From Candidatus Eiseniibacteriota bacterium (GTDB taxonomy: Bacteria > Eisenbacteria > RBG-16-71-46 > CAIMUX01 > VGJL01), in assembly GCA_963792585.1 (NCBI GenBank), contig CAWBWI010000003.1, positions 1,088,001-1,152,000 of the forward strand: a stretch of DNA of 64,000 nt, written 5' to 3'. The position numbers were made by a program, and so were the translations under genes. This document shows, one piece after another, positions 22,275 to 31,316 of the stretch (position 1 is its first letter; every line of letters starts with the position of its first letter). The notes under the pieces are model-generated. The model was not told where the DNA came from. It ran no database searches and saw only the letters and a program-made list of their open reading frames with translations.

Positions 22275-23990
22275 ATGGCGAGTGTTCGGGAGACGCACGC
22301 GGCCGCACGCCCGGCATGGGCCCTGCCGGCGGCGATCGTAGGTCTCGTCTACATCGTCTGCTTCCTCATGCTCCCGAGTCCGGGTCTCTGGATCAACGAC
22401 AACGGCGCAAAGCTCATTCAGGTGCAGAGTATCATCCAGGGCCACTACCGCGACTACTCGATCCCGTGGCCGGGCGCCGCGCTCGATCCGTCGTTCCGCT
22501 ACAACCCGATCCCAGCGCCGATCGGCGAGGTCCGCGACGGAAGGCTTTACGTCACCTACTCACAGCCCTTCGCCGTTGTCTCGTCGATCCCGTATCGGCT
22601 ATTCGGATTCCGCGGTTTGGGCCTGCTCCCGCTCGTCTGCGGATTGCTGCTCTTGCCGGCCGTCGCGATGCTGGCCGAACTCACGGGCGCCTCGCGGGGC
22701 GGGCAACGCCTTGCCGTGTTCATCGCAGGGCTTGGCACGCCGGTCTGGTTCTACAGCCTGACCTTCTGGGAGCACACGCCCGCCGCCTGCCTGGGCGTCT
22801 GGAGCCTGGTTCTGCTCCTCCGCCATCTCCGTGATGGAAAGTTCCGCAGTCTAGCGTGGAGCGCGGTTCTCGTCGCCCTTTCCGTCTTCTTGCGTGCGGA
22901 CATGCTGCTCGTCGCTGCGGCGCTTCTTGCGCTTCTCGTGATGGCTCCACGGGCGACTGCGCGCACCATCGGACTCTACCTGCTCGCGGTCGCGCTGACC
23001 CTGATGCCGCTTCTCATCTTCCAGTGGCGGGCTCTGGGGGATCCGTTCGGCCTGCACCTTGCGGCGCACTCGCCGTTCGCCGGCGGTCTCGGCGGTTATC
23101 TTGCAGGCAGGGGGACAGTGATCCGCGAGATCCTGTTCAGCGCGCATGCGAATCCTTGGCTGTCGGCGATTCTGGCCGCGCCCTTCCTACTGCTCTTCTT
23201 CCTGTCCCCGCGCCTCAGGCAGGCGCGCCTGGACGGGATCGGGCCCCTCGTGGCGATCCTTGGTTTCGCGGCCGGTGTCGCAATCCTGCTGGGGCAGGCC
23301 GGATCGGCGAGCCCCATGTGGGGCCTTGTCCATGCCAACGGCCTCTTCGCGGCGTCCGCGGTCCTGATCCTGGCGTTTCTGCGAACAGCGGACGATTCCG
23401 CGGTGTCGGGGTGGACGGCCCCGGATGGCGCGACCTACTTGTGGCGGTTCCTCCTGATGTATGTCCTCGCCTACGTGGCATTCTCGCCGACCAGTTCCAC
23501 GGGCATCCACTGGGGATGCCGTTTCCTGTTGCCGGTCTATCCGATCATGGCGGCCATGACGGGGCCTGTCATCATGCGGGTCGCATCGAGTCCGGGCCAG
23601 CGCAGGCGGCTCAGCGTCGGGGCCGTTGCGGCCGCACTGGCGCTGTCGTTTGCGGCGCAGGTGTACTCGGTGCAGCTTCTGGTCCGGCGTACGGCATTCT
23701 CCGCGCGGCTGAACGAAGCCGTCGCGGAGCGTCCGGAGCGCATCATCGTGGTGAACGGTTGGTTCCTGCCGCAGGATCTCGCGCCGAATTTCCACGGCAA
23801 GCAGATCTTCCTGGTGCAGCGCCCGGAGGACTGGGACGCGCTGCCGGAAGCGCTCGGCAGCTCGCGCGCCGACCGCGTCCTGCTCATCACTTGGCCTCAC
23901 GGGGCTGCGCCGCGTTCTCCCGACACCATCACGCTCGATGACGGGATGGGTTTCATCTCGGTCGACATCGGGCCGGTTAACGTGCGGTGA
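22275..23990 (+). CDS. Multi-pass membrane protein, putative GT-C fold glycosyltransferase
   Basis: Many TM helices; 'DNGAKLIQ', 'FYSLTFWEH' and 'WGCRFLLP' motifs. Confidence 0.65.
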   Translation: MASVRETHAAARPAWALPAAIVGLVYIVCFLMLPSPGLWINDNGAKLIQVQSIIQGHYRDYSIPWPGAALDPSFRYNPIPAPIGEVRDGRLYVTYSQPFAVVSSIPYRLFGFRGLGLLPLVCGLLLLPAVAMLAELTGASRGGQRLAVFIAGLGTPVWFYSLTFWEHTPAACLGVWSLVLLLRHLRDGKFRSLAWSAVLVALSVFLRADMLLVAAALLALLVMAPRATARTIGLYLLAVALTLMPLLIFQWRALGDPFGLHLAAHSPFAGGLGGYLAGRGTVIREILFSAHANPWLSAILAAPFLLLFFLSPRLRQARLDGIGPLVAILGFAAGVAILLGQAGSASPMWGLVHANGLFAASAVLILAFLRTADDSAVSGWTAPDGATYLWRFLLMYVLAYVAFSPTSSTGIHWGCRFLLPVYPIMAAMTGPVIMRVASSPGQRRRLSVGAVAAALALSFAAQVYSVQLLVRRTAFSARLNEAVAERPERIIVVNGWFLPQDLAPNFHGKQIFLVQRPEDWDALPEALGSSRADRVLLITWPHGAAPRSPDTITLDDGMGFISVDIGPVNVR

Positions 23991-24054
23991 GCTTCATCGG
24001 TGCATCGCGGCACCGGGGTTCCTCTCGACGGCACCATACGAAGGCCACGAAAGA

Positions 24055-24079
24055 GGCCCGGGGAATCGATCCCCGGGCC
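24055..24079 (-). terminator. Putative intrinsic terminator of gltA
   Basis: GGCCCGGGGA-atcga-TCCCCGGGCC, followed on the minus strand by TCTTTC. Confidence 0.55.
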
Positions 24080-24104
24080 GTCAGTCTTCGATCGCCAGGA
24101 TCGG

Positions 24105-25355
24105 CTACCGCTTGTCCATCGGCACGTACGGCATGCTGATCGGGCCGACGTAGATCGCGCGGGGCCGGAAGATGCGATTGTCCTGCAGATACTCGATCGC
24201 GCGGGCGGTCCATCCGGAGATCCGGCTCACCGCGAAGATCGGCGTGAACATCGCCGTCTCGATCGCCATGGCGCGGTAGATCAGACCCGAGTAGAAGTCG
24301 ACGTTCGGGAAGATCTTCTTCTCCCCGAGCTGGCTGCAGACGAGTCCGTCGAGCTTCAACGCGATGTCGTAGAGCCTCCGCACGGCCGGGTCGCGATCGA
24401 CGAGACCGTCCGCCATCGGCCCGAAGATCCGGGCGCGCGGGTCGTAGGCCTTGTAGACGCGATGCCCGAAGCCCATCACCTTGCGCTTGGTCTGCTGCGC
24501 CTTTGCGAACCACGCCTCGACGTTATCCACGCTGCCGATCTCCTCGAGATCGTACAAGACCCTCTCGTTCGCGCCGCCGTGGAGCGAACCCTTGAGGCTC
24601 GCGATGCCGGCAACGACGCTGCCGTACATGTCGGAGAGGGAGGAGTTGACGACCATCGTCGTGAAGGTCGACGCATTCATCCCGTGGTCGGCGTGGAGGA
24701 TGAGCGATATGTCCATCGATCGCTCGAGAACGGCGTCGGGTTTCTTGCCGGTCATCATGTAGAGCAGGTTTGCGGCGTGGCTGAGGGATGGGTCGGGATC
24801 GATCGGCTTCTCGCCTTTGCGGATCCGGGCGATCGCGCCCGTGAGGGTTGCCATTTGCGCGATCAGCTTGATCGCGATCTCGGTCTCGTTTTCGACGGAG
24901 GTGTCGTCGGCCCGGGGATCGATGTTTCCCTGAATCGAGGCGAGGGTCCGCAACGTCGACATAGGATGCGCCGTTCCCGCGGGCAAGTACTCCAGCGCCT
25001 TGCGCGACTCCTCCGAGAGCGGCGCATAGCGACGGACCTTGTCCTTGAACGCGTCGAGCTCGGCGTGCTTCGGCAGCTTTCCGAACAAGAGGAGGTAGGA
25101 CGTTTCCTCGAACGTCGAGTTCTCGGCGAGATCGAAGATGTTGATCCCCCGGTAGACGAGCCAACCCTTTGCTCCATTGACGTAGCCGACCATCGTGTCG
25201 GTCGCGGGCGCCCCCTCGAGGCCCTTGCCGATCGAGGCCTCGACGGGCCACGTATGGTCGCCCGTCATCTTCGGCTCCGGCTCGTCGTTCGTTTCGCGGA
25301 ACGCCTTCTCCCTGGCGACACGGATCAAGGCGGTGATATCGGCGGTCGTGGTCAT
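24105..25355 (-). CDS. gltA: Citrate synthase
   Basis: GLEG, LVYRG, HADHGMNAST, LHGGANE, GFGHRVYK.YDPR, PNVDF. Confidence 0.95.
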   Translation of the reverse strand: MTTTADITALIRVAREKAFRETNDEPEPKMTGDHTWPVEASIGKGLEGAPATDTMVGYVNGAKGWLVYRGINIFDLAENSTFEETSYLLLFGKLPKHAELDAFKDKVRRYAPLSEESRKALEYLPAGTAHPMSTLRTLASIQGNIDPRADDTSVENETEIAIKLIAQMATLTGAIARIRKGEKPIDPDPSLSHAANLLYMMTGKKPDAVLERSMDISLILHADHGMNASTFTTMVVNSSLSDMYGSVVAGIASLKGSLHGGANERVLYDLEEIGSVDNVEAWFAKAQQTKRKVMGFGHRVYKAYDPRARIFGPMADGLVDRDPAVRRLYDIALKLDGLVCSQLGEKKIFPNVDFYSGLIYRAMAIETAMFTPIFAVSRISGWTARAIEYLQDNRIFRPRAIYVGPISMPYVPMDKR

Positions 25356-25432
25356 ACCTGCTACCCCCGGTTCGGGGCATGGCGCGCCCCGGCATTCGAA
25401 CCCAGACTCCCAGCCCGGTGGAGGAACCCTAC

Positions 25433-25440
25433 AGTATAAT
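25433..25440. promoter_or_regulatory. Overlapping divergent -10 elements
   Basis: TATAAT on + (25435-25440) and TATACT on - (25433-25438), between gltA and the large fusion gene. Confidence 0.5.
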
Positions 25441-25516
25441 GCCCCAGGGACGCGACCGTCTCGGTGGGGACGGCACGTGCGAAGAGACGAGGCCGCCCGG
25501 GCGCGATGGAGGATCG

Positions 25517-28500
25517 ATGAACGCGCAAACCGGTCCCACTCCCGAGGGGATCTCCATCGAGACCCGCGAGCTCGCGGCGGCGCTGCGCGACGGGGACGCA
25601 TTGGCGCAGGCGGCCCTGGCTGCGATCGAGCCGGATCGCGTGATCCGGGCGCTCGAGGATGGAATCGAGTTCTTTCGCGCCGCCCCTGCGGGAGAGGTGG
25701 CCGACGCGGCCCGTGCCCTGATCATGCGGGTCCTCGAGGCGGGCCGGTGGCCGGTCTTCCTGCGGCGGGTAAGCGGCACGCCCCTTGCCGAGCGCTGGCT
25801 CCAGGCCGTTCTGACGGCCATCAACGAGGCGGACCTGAACACCGGGGATCTCCTGCGGATGCGTACGGCGCAACGGGCCGAACGACCGTTCGTGCAGATT
25901 CCCGTCGGGCGGGAGCTGCGGGATGTCTCACGCGGAGAGATCGGCGATCGAGTCGCCGCGCTCGGCTCGGCGATCGTCCGGAGAACGAAGACGTCTCACT
26001 CGCGCGTGCCCGTCGCGATCTTCTCCCCGAACCGGCTCGAGACGATGCTCGTGGACCTCGCTTGCCTCTGTCACGGAATCGCGAATGTGCCGATCGCATC
26101 GGACGCGACGCCGGACCAGATTCGCTTCATCCTCGAGCAGACGGGCTCGGAAACTCTCTTCGTGTCGGATTCGCGCCGGCTCGAAGGGGCGCAAACGGGC
26201 GGCGCGCTCGGCGGGGTCGGGACCATCGTCCTCTTCGATCCTCCTGAGGGGACCAAGACAGACCGACGACTGATCCAGCTCTCGGAGATCGAGGCGGAAG
26301 GGCGCATGCTCGGCCCGATTCTGCCCCGCCGCCCGCGCGCGGACGATCTCGCGACCGTGATGTTCACTTCCGGCACGACCGGCCGTCCGAAGGGGATCCG
26401 ATTCAGCCAGCGCAACATCCTCTACAAGCGGTTCTGCCGCGCCGTTGCCCTGCCCGAGATCGGCGAAGATGACGTCTTCCTCTGCTACCTCCCCCTCTTT
26501 CACACGTTCGGGCGATGGCTCGAAATGACCGGCTGCCTCTTCTGGGGCTCGACCTACGTGGCGATGGAGAACCCGTCCGTCGAAGCGATGCTCGCCAACA
26601 TGCGCCGGTTCCAACCAAGCGTCTTCATCTCGATTCCGAAACGATGGACCCAGCTCCACGAGAAGATCGTCCAGATCGCGGGGACCGATCCGGACGATCC
26701 GGGCGAGCCCGATCCGGCGCAGCTCCCTAACGCCGTCGCCGACGTGACCGGGGGGCGTCTGCGTTGGGGGCTCTCGGCGGCGGGATACCTCGATGCCGAC
26801 GTCTTCCTCTTCTTCCAGCGCAATGGTGTCGAACTGCTGAGCGGTTTCGGCATGACCGAGGCGACGGGTGGGATCACGATGACCCCGCCGGGGCGCTACC
26901 GTCGCGGGACCGTCGGCGTCGCCCTGCCGGGCATCGAGGTCCGCCGCGGCGAGGACGGGGAGCTGCTCTGCCGCGGGCCCTACATGATGATCGGTTACGA
27001 CGACCCCGACGAGCCGGAGCGGGACTACCGGACGGAGTGGTTCGGCACGGGGGATCTGGTCACCCAGGATGACGACGGCTATTACACGATCGTCGACCGG
27101 AAGAAGGACATCTACAAGAACGTCAAGGGCCAGACGGTCGCCCCGCAACGGATCGAGAACATGTTCACGGAGTTCGACGAGATCAAGCGGGTGTTCCTCG
27201 TCGGGGACGGGCGCGAGTACAACACCCTCCTCATCTATCCCGATTACGACGTGGCCGGCGGCAAACTGGCCCGGATGTCGCCCGACGAGCTGCGGGAGTA
27301 TCTCTCGAGCTTCGTCGTCTCGGTCAACGGGTTCCTCGCGCCCTACGAGCGCGTCGTCGATTTCGATCTCCTGCCGCGCTACTTCCGCGAGGACAGGGGA
27401 GAGATGACGCCCAAGGGAACCTTCGTGCGGAAGGTCGTCGAGCGCAATTTCAGCGACCTGATCGACGCCCTCTATGCGCGGGCCTATGTCACGCTGCGGG
27501 TGGAGAGCATCGATGTGCGCTTCCCGACCTGGCTCTTGCGCGAGAAGGGCATCACGGCCGATGCGCTGGTGACGGAGCCGGGCGGGATCCGGCTGCGAGG
27601 TTCGGGGGACCGGCTCGCGATCGGGCGGGCCGGCGGCGCCTCGGGCCATCTCCGGGTCGGAAGCTTCATCTATGCGATCGGCGCGTCGGCGCGGGAAGGA
27701 CCCGCGACCGTCGATCTCGATCCGCTGCTCCGCGTGCCACGCTACTGGGTCGGCAACGCGGAGCTGGCCCACTTCGCGGGCGAAGGCCTGATCCGGCGTC
27801 AGCGACGGGGCACGGAGCCGTTCGCGCGCATCACGGTCGAAGGCTGGCAACGCCCCGTCCTGATGCTCGACGATGCGCGCGCGCGCTTCGGGGTGGCCGT
27901 CCAGAAACAGGAGCGCGGCGCGTCGGGAGTCCACGCGGCGGCCGCACTCCTGCTCTCAGCACACGGTGAGGATGCGGAGCGGGCTCTTGCCGTGCTGGAA
28001 AGCTTCCTTGGAGACCCAACCACCGAGGAAGCCGCCCACGTGCGCGCGGTCTTGCCCCTGCTGCGCTCCCACGGGGATGGTGAGATTCGCAGGCGCGCCC
28101 TGACCCTCCTGCTTCCCCGCGAGGTGGACGAAGGAGCGGGCGAGACCCTCCGTCGGTTCCTTTCCTTCGATCCGGACGTGCTCGCGCCCGATGTGGCGTC
28201 GAGCGTGCTCGACGTCGACATGCCCGCCGCGGCGCTCCGCTCCTTGCTCGACATCGCGCGCGACCTCGACATCGGCAGCGATCCCTGGAAACTCGCTGCC
28301 GGCCGAAGACGGGTCATCTCGGTGCTTCGGCTCGCGGCCGATATCGGGTCCCGGCAGCCGCGATGGTATGCCGCGGCGCGGCAAACTCTGGTCCGCCGCG
28401 CTCTGACGGACCGTGACGGGGAAGTCATCGAGGCCGCGCGCACGGAGCGCGTGCGACTCGATGCGCGCTTCCGTTCCTGGATCGCCTCGGGGCGCGCGGC

Positions 28501-30298
28501 GCCCCCCGATCCGATCGACGAGCAGCCGATGGGATGGGAGAAGCTCATCCTGTTCGACGAGCGCTGCGACGCGCGCGTGCGTGCGCGCCTGCTCGATGCC
28601 TTCCGTGACTCGACCCTCTTGCGGGAAACGATCTTCCTGCTCGGGGAAGGGATGCTCCTCTCGGGCGCCGACCTGCCCCCTGGCGGAATCCTTGTCACCG
28701 ATCTGGGCTCTTCCGACGGCCATGCATCCGTGCGCGTCACGGTCCGCACGCGCGGGAACCGGTCGTACGAGTTCGTCGCGCGGGTCATGCGCGGCGCCCC
28801 CAACGAGGCGGCCGCCGAAGAGATCGACGGCATGATCCGCCTCGGGGCGGGCGGGGATGGGCGCAAGCTCGTCGCCGAGTTCGGCGGCTTCTGGCCGGAA
28901 TACGGGACATGGACGGAGGAGCTTGTCGACGACGAACCGGTCGGCGCGCTCCTCAAGAGAATGCTCGCGTCCGGCGACGCGGAAGCGCCCGCGCGTGTCA
29001 CCGCGCTCTGGCCGCACCTCGTCTGGAGTTCGCTCTCGGCCTTCTTCGATTTCTGGAATCGAAGCGGCCGAAAGGCGTTGATCGGCGACACGGGCATCAC
29101 GAACATCGCGATCGCCGCCCACGACTACCAGGAGAGTTCGCGACTGATCTCCGTCTCGCGCCGCGAGCCGTTCGAGGGCCTCGCGGTGCTCGTGCGCCGC
29201 ATGTTCGAGCGGTTCGTCGAGGCGGCAGAGGCGGAGTTCCCGATCCTCCGCGGCGTGGCGCCGCGAGCGCTCGCTTTCGCAGGGGTGGTCGAGGCCGTGG
29301 GAGAAGCCGACGCAATTCCTCTTCTCTGGAGATCGCTGGTGGAAATGCGGGAACGCGCCCGCGATTCCGCTGACCCGAAATGGGCCGCATGGAGCATCGA
29401 TCTATCGACGTTCCTCGACGACGTCGAGCGGGACGGTTTCGCGCCGCGGCGGCTGGTCATGGCGGTGCGACGCTACCACAACTGGTCGGGATTGAACCCC
29501 GGCGCCTCGTTGCAGGCGCGGGCCGTGATGCTGCAGGAGCTCTACGAAACGTACAGCCTCGCGGCGATGGAGCAGTCGCACCCCGAGATGCGCGTGCGCT
29601 TCTTCCGTCTCACGGTCTTTGCCGAGGCGCGCACACCGTTGGCCGTTGAACTCGACGCGTTGATTCGCGCGCACCGCGACACCCCGCTCGTCCTCGAAGG
29701 CCTCTTGCGACGGATGACGGTGCTTCACCGCACGCTCGGTCTCGACGAAGAAGAAACCTACTTCCTCGCCCGCATGACCTACGCGCACCTTCGGCCTGCG
29801 CAGCAGGTTCGGCTCGAGCTTCTCGAGGAGGGAGGGGAGACGAAGGCGGAGCTGGTGGAGGAAATTCGCGACGCCGACGGCGTTCCCCTCAAGATCCGCT
29901 CGGCGGCGAACCCGAAGGAGATCATGCGCCTCTACCGTCTCTTCGAGAACGCGGGGCTTTCGGTCGCCTTCCGCCCGGAGCATCGATTCCTGGTGATCCT
30001 GGACGAAGTGGACCACGTTCTCGGCGGGCTCTACTACCGGCCGACCGGTCGCGCGAGCGTGCACATGGAAAAGATCGTGGTCGGCCCGCGCCAGCGAGGA
30101 AAAGGGGTGGGCGAGAAGCTGATGGAAAGCTTCCTGCTGCGTGTCCGAGACGCGGGACAGAGCTCGGTGACCACCGGCTTCTTCCGACCTCACTACTTCT
30201 ATCGATTCGGCTTCCGACTCGAGAAGGGGTTCGCGGGCCTCGTCAAGGATCTCGATGAAGGAACTCCGGTCGAGGGGAAGGGTGACGGCGCATCGTGA
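25517..30298 (+). CDS. Multidomain fusion: long-chain acyl-CoA ligase-like AMP-binding domain + helical region + kinase-like fold + C-terminal GNAT acetyltransferase
   Basis: FTSGTTGRPKG, YLPLFH, GFGMTE, GTGD and DRKKD at the N-terminus; VGPRQRGKGVG and YFYRFGF at the C-terminus; one uninterrupted ORF; GGAGG RBS before ATG 25517. Confidence 0.85.
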   Translation: MNAQTGPTPEGISIETRELAAALRDGDALAQAALAAIEPDRVIRALEDGIEFFRAAPAGEVADAARALIMRVLEAGRWPVFLRRVSGTPLAERWLQAVLTAINEADLNTGDLLRMRTAQRAERPFVQIPVGRELRDVSRGEIGDRVAALGSAIVRRTKTSHSRVPVAIFSPNRLETMLVDLACLCHGIANVPIASDATPDQIRFILEQTGSETLFVSDSRRLEGAQTGGALGGVGTIVLFDPPEGTKTDRRLIQLSEIEAEGRMLGPILPRRPRADDLATVMFTSGTTGRPKGIRFSQRNILYKRFCRAVALPEIGEDDVFLCYLPLFHTFGRWLEMTGCLFWGSTYVAMENPSVEAMLANMRRFQPSVFISIPKRWTQLHEKIVQIAGTDPDDPGEPDPAQLPNAVADVTGGRLRWGLSAAGYLDADVFLFFQRNGVELLSGFGMTEATGGITMTPPGRYRRGTVGVALPGIEVRRGEDGELLCRGPYMMIGYDDPDEPERDYRTEWFGTGDLVTQDDDGYYTIVDRKKDIYKNVKGQTVAPQRIENMFTEFDEIKRVFLVGDGREYNTLLIYPDYDVAGGKLARMSPDELREYLSSFVVSVNGFLAPYERVVDFDLLPRYFREDRGEMTPKGTFVRKVVERNFSDLIDALYARAYVTLRVESIDVRFPTWLLREKGITADALVTEPGGIRLRGSGDRLAIGRAGGASGHLRVGSFIYAIGASAREGPATVDLDPLLRVPRYWVGNAELAHFAGEGLIRRQRRGTEPFARITVEGWQRPVLMLDDARARFGVAVQKQERGASGVHAAAALLLSAHGEDAERALAVLESFLGDPTTEEAAHVRAVLPLLRSHGDGEIRRRALTLLLPREVDEGAGETLRRFLSFDPDVLAPDVASSVLDVDMPAAALRSLLDIARDLDIGSDPWKLAAGRRRVISVLRLAADIGSRQPRWYAAARQTLVRRALTDRDGEVIEAARTERVRLDARFRSWIASGRAAPPDPIDEQPMGWEKLILFDERCDARVRARLLDAFRDSTLLRETIFLLGEGMLLSGADLPPGGILVTDLGSSDGHASVRVTVRTRGNRSYEFVARVMRGAPNEAAAEEIDGMIRLGAGGDGRKLVAEFGGFWPEYGTWTEELVDDEPVGALLKRMLASGDAEAPARVTALWPHLVWSSLSAFFDFWNRSGRKALIGDTGITNIAIAAHDYQESSRLISVSRREPFEGLAVLVRRMFERFVEAAEAEFPILRGVAPRALAFAGVVEAVGEADAIPLLWRSLVEMRERARDSADPKWAAWSIDLSTFLDDVERDGFAPRRLVMAVRRYHNWSGLNPGASLQARAVMLQELYETYSLAAMEQSHPEMRVRFFRLTVFAEARTPLAVELDALIRAHRDTPLVLEGLLRRMTVLHRTLGLDEEETYFLARMTYAHLRPAQQVRLELLEEGGETKAELVEEIRDADGVPLKIRSAANPKEIMRLYRLFENAGLSVAFRPEHRFLVILDEVDHVLGGLYYRPTGRASVHMEKIVVGPRQRGKGVGEKLMESFLLRVRDAGQSSVTTGFFRPHYFYRFGFRLEKGFAGLVKDLDEGTPVEGKGDGAS

Positions 30299-31254
30299 TC
30301 CTCACGCTGAGGCGAGCGCTCGGCGGCCTGCTTCTCGCGACGGCGATTCTCGGAGCCGGCGTCGCCCGAGCGGAGATCGCCCCCCACGAGGTCGTGATGT
30401 CGATCGCGTACGGATTCGGGACGGACCAGATCGACACCACGCTCTGCGAATACGGCGCCTACTGGAAGAGCTTGATCGCCAACTACCGGGTCGGCGATGA
30501 GGAAAGCTTGTGGCTCCTGACATCGGGGAGCCGTCCATCGGTGCGAAGGTTCGAATCGGTCGACGGCCGAGCGGTTCAGCGTGAACGGATCGATCTCCCC
30601 ATCGTGCCCGGGGGGTATGACGATTTTCTGATCGACGGCGGTGTCGTGATCCTCTCGCAAAGCCTCACGGATATGAAGGACCAGGCGACGTTCTACCGCG
30701 TCGCGGGCGATTCGATCGCCCAGAAGGTAACTCTCTCCCGAAAGGTCGGCTACAACCGCATTCGCGGTTGGGGGGTCGCAAACCTCGGCCGGCTGCGCGG
30801 GACCGGCGGCGATCTGTACAATTGCTTCGTCCGCATGTCGTCGTGCATCAGGATCGGCACGGCGACCCAACTCTTCCCCCGCCTCGAGACGGCCGACCTG
30901 GTGCCGGGCGTTCCGACCGCTACGGGGGACCTGGTCTGGGCCGATCGACTGATCGTCTCTCGCGGGATCGTTCCGGTGCTCGATCTGAGCGCGGGTTTGC
31001 CTGCAGAGCTCGAAGAGGTCTTCGACGACGGCGGTTTCGTGATCCGGCGGATCGTGGCCGATCGCAAGGTCCGGGCGGTTGAGGCGCGGTTCGAGATCTA
31101 CGATGCGGCCGGGGCGCTCCGTCGCGACATCATTGTTCGCGTTCCAGTCCATAAATTCTTCACAGTGGGTGAGGGGGAGATCGATTTCTTCACTCCCCGG
31201 TCGATCTACCAGCTGGAATTCGACCGCAAGGAGATCCGTCTCATTCGCTACTGA
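30295..31254 (+). CDS. Hypothetical exported protein
   Basis: GTGA overlap with the upstream fusion gene; signal peptide ending ARA. Confidence 0.65.
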   Translation: MILTLRRALGGLLLATAILGAGVARAEIAPHEVVMSIAYGFGTDQIDTTLCEYGAYWKSLIANYRVGDEESLWLLTSGSRPSVRRFESVDGRAVQRERIDLPIVPGGYDDFLIDGGVVILSQSLTDMKDQATFYRVAGDSIAQKVTLSRKVGYNRIRGWGVANLGRLRGTGGDLYNCFVRMSSCIRIGTATQLFPRLETADLVPGVPTATGDLVWADRLIVSRGIVPVLDLSAGLPAELEEVFDDGGFVIRRIVADRKVRAVEARFEIYDAAGALRRDIIVRVPVHKFFTVGEGEIDFFTPRSIYQLEFDRKEIRLIRY

Positions 31255-31316
31255 ACGAGGCCGGAGGCGCTCACCCGTCCTATCCGCTCGATGCATGCCG
31301 CAGCGCGAGGCCTCGG

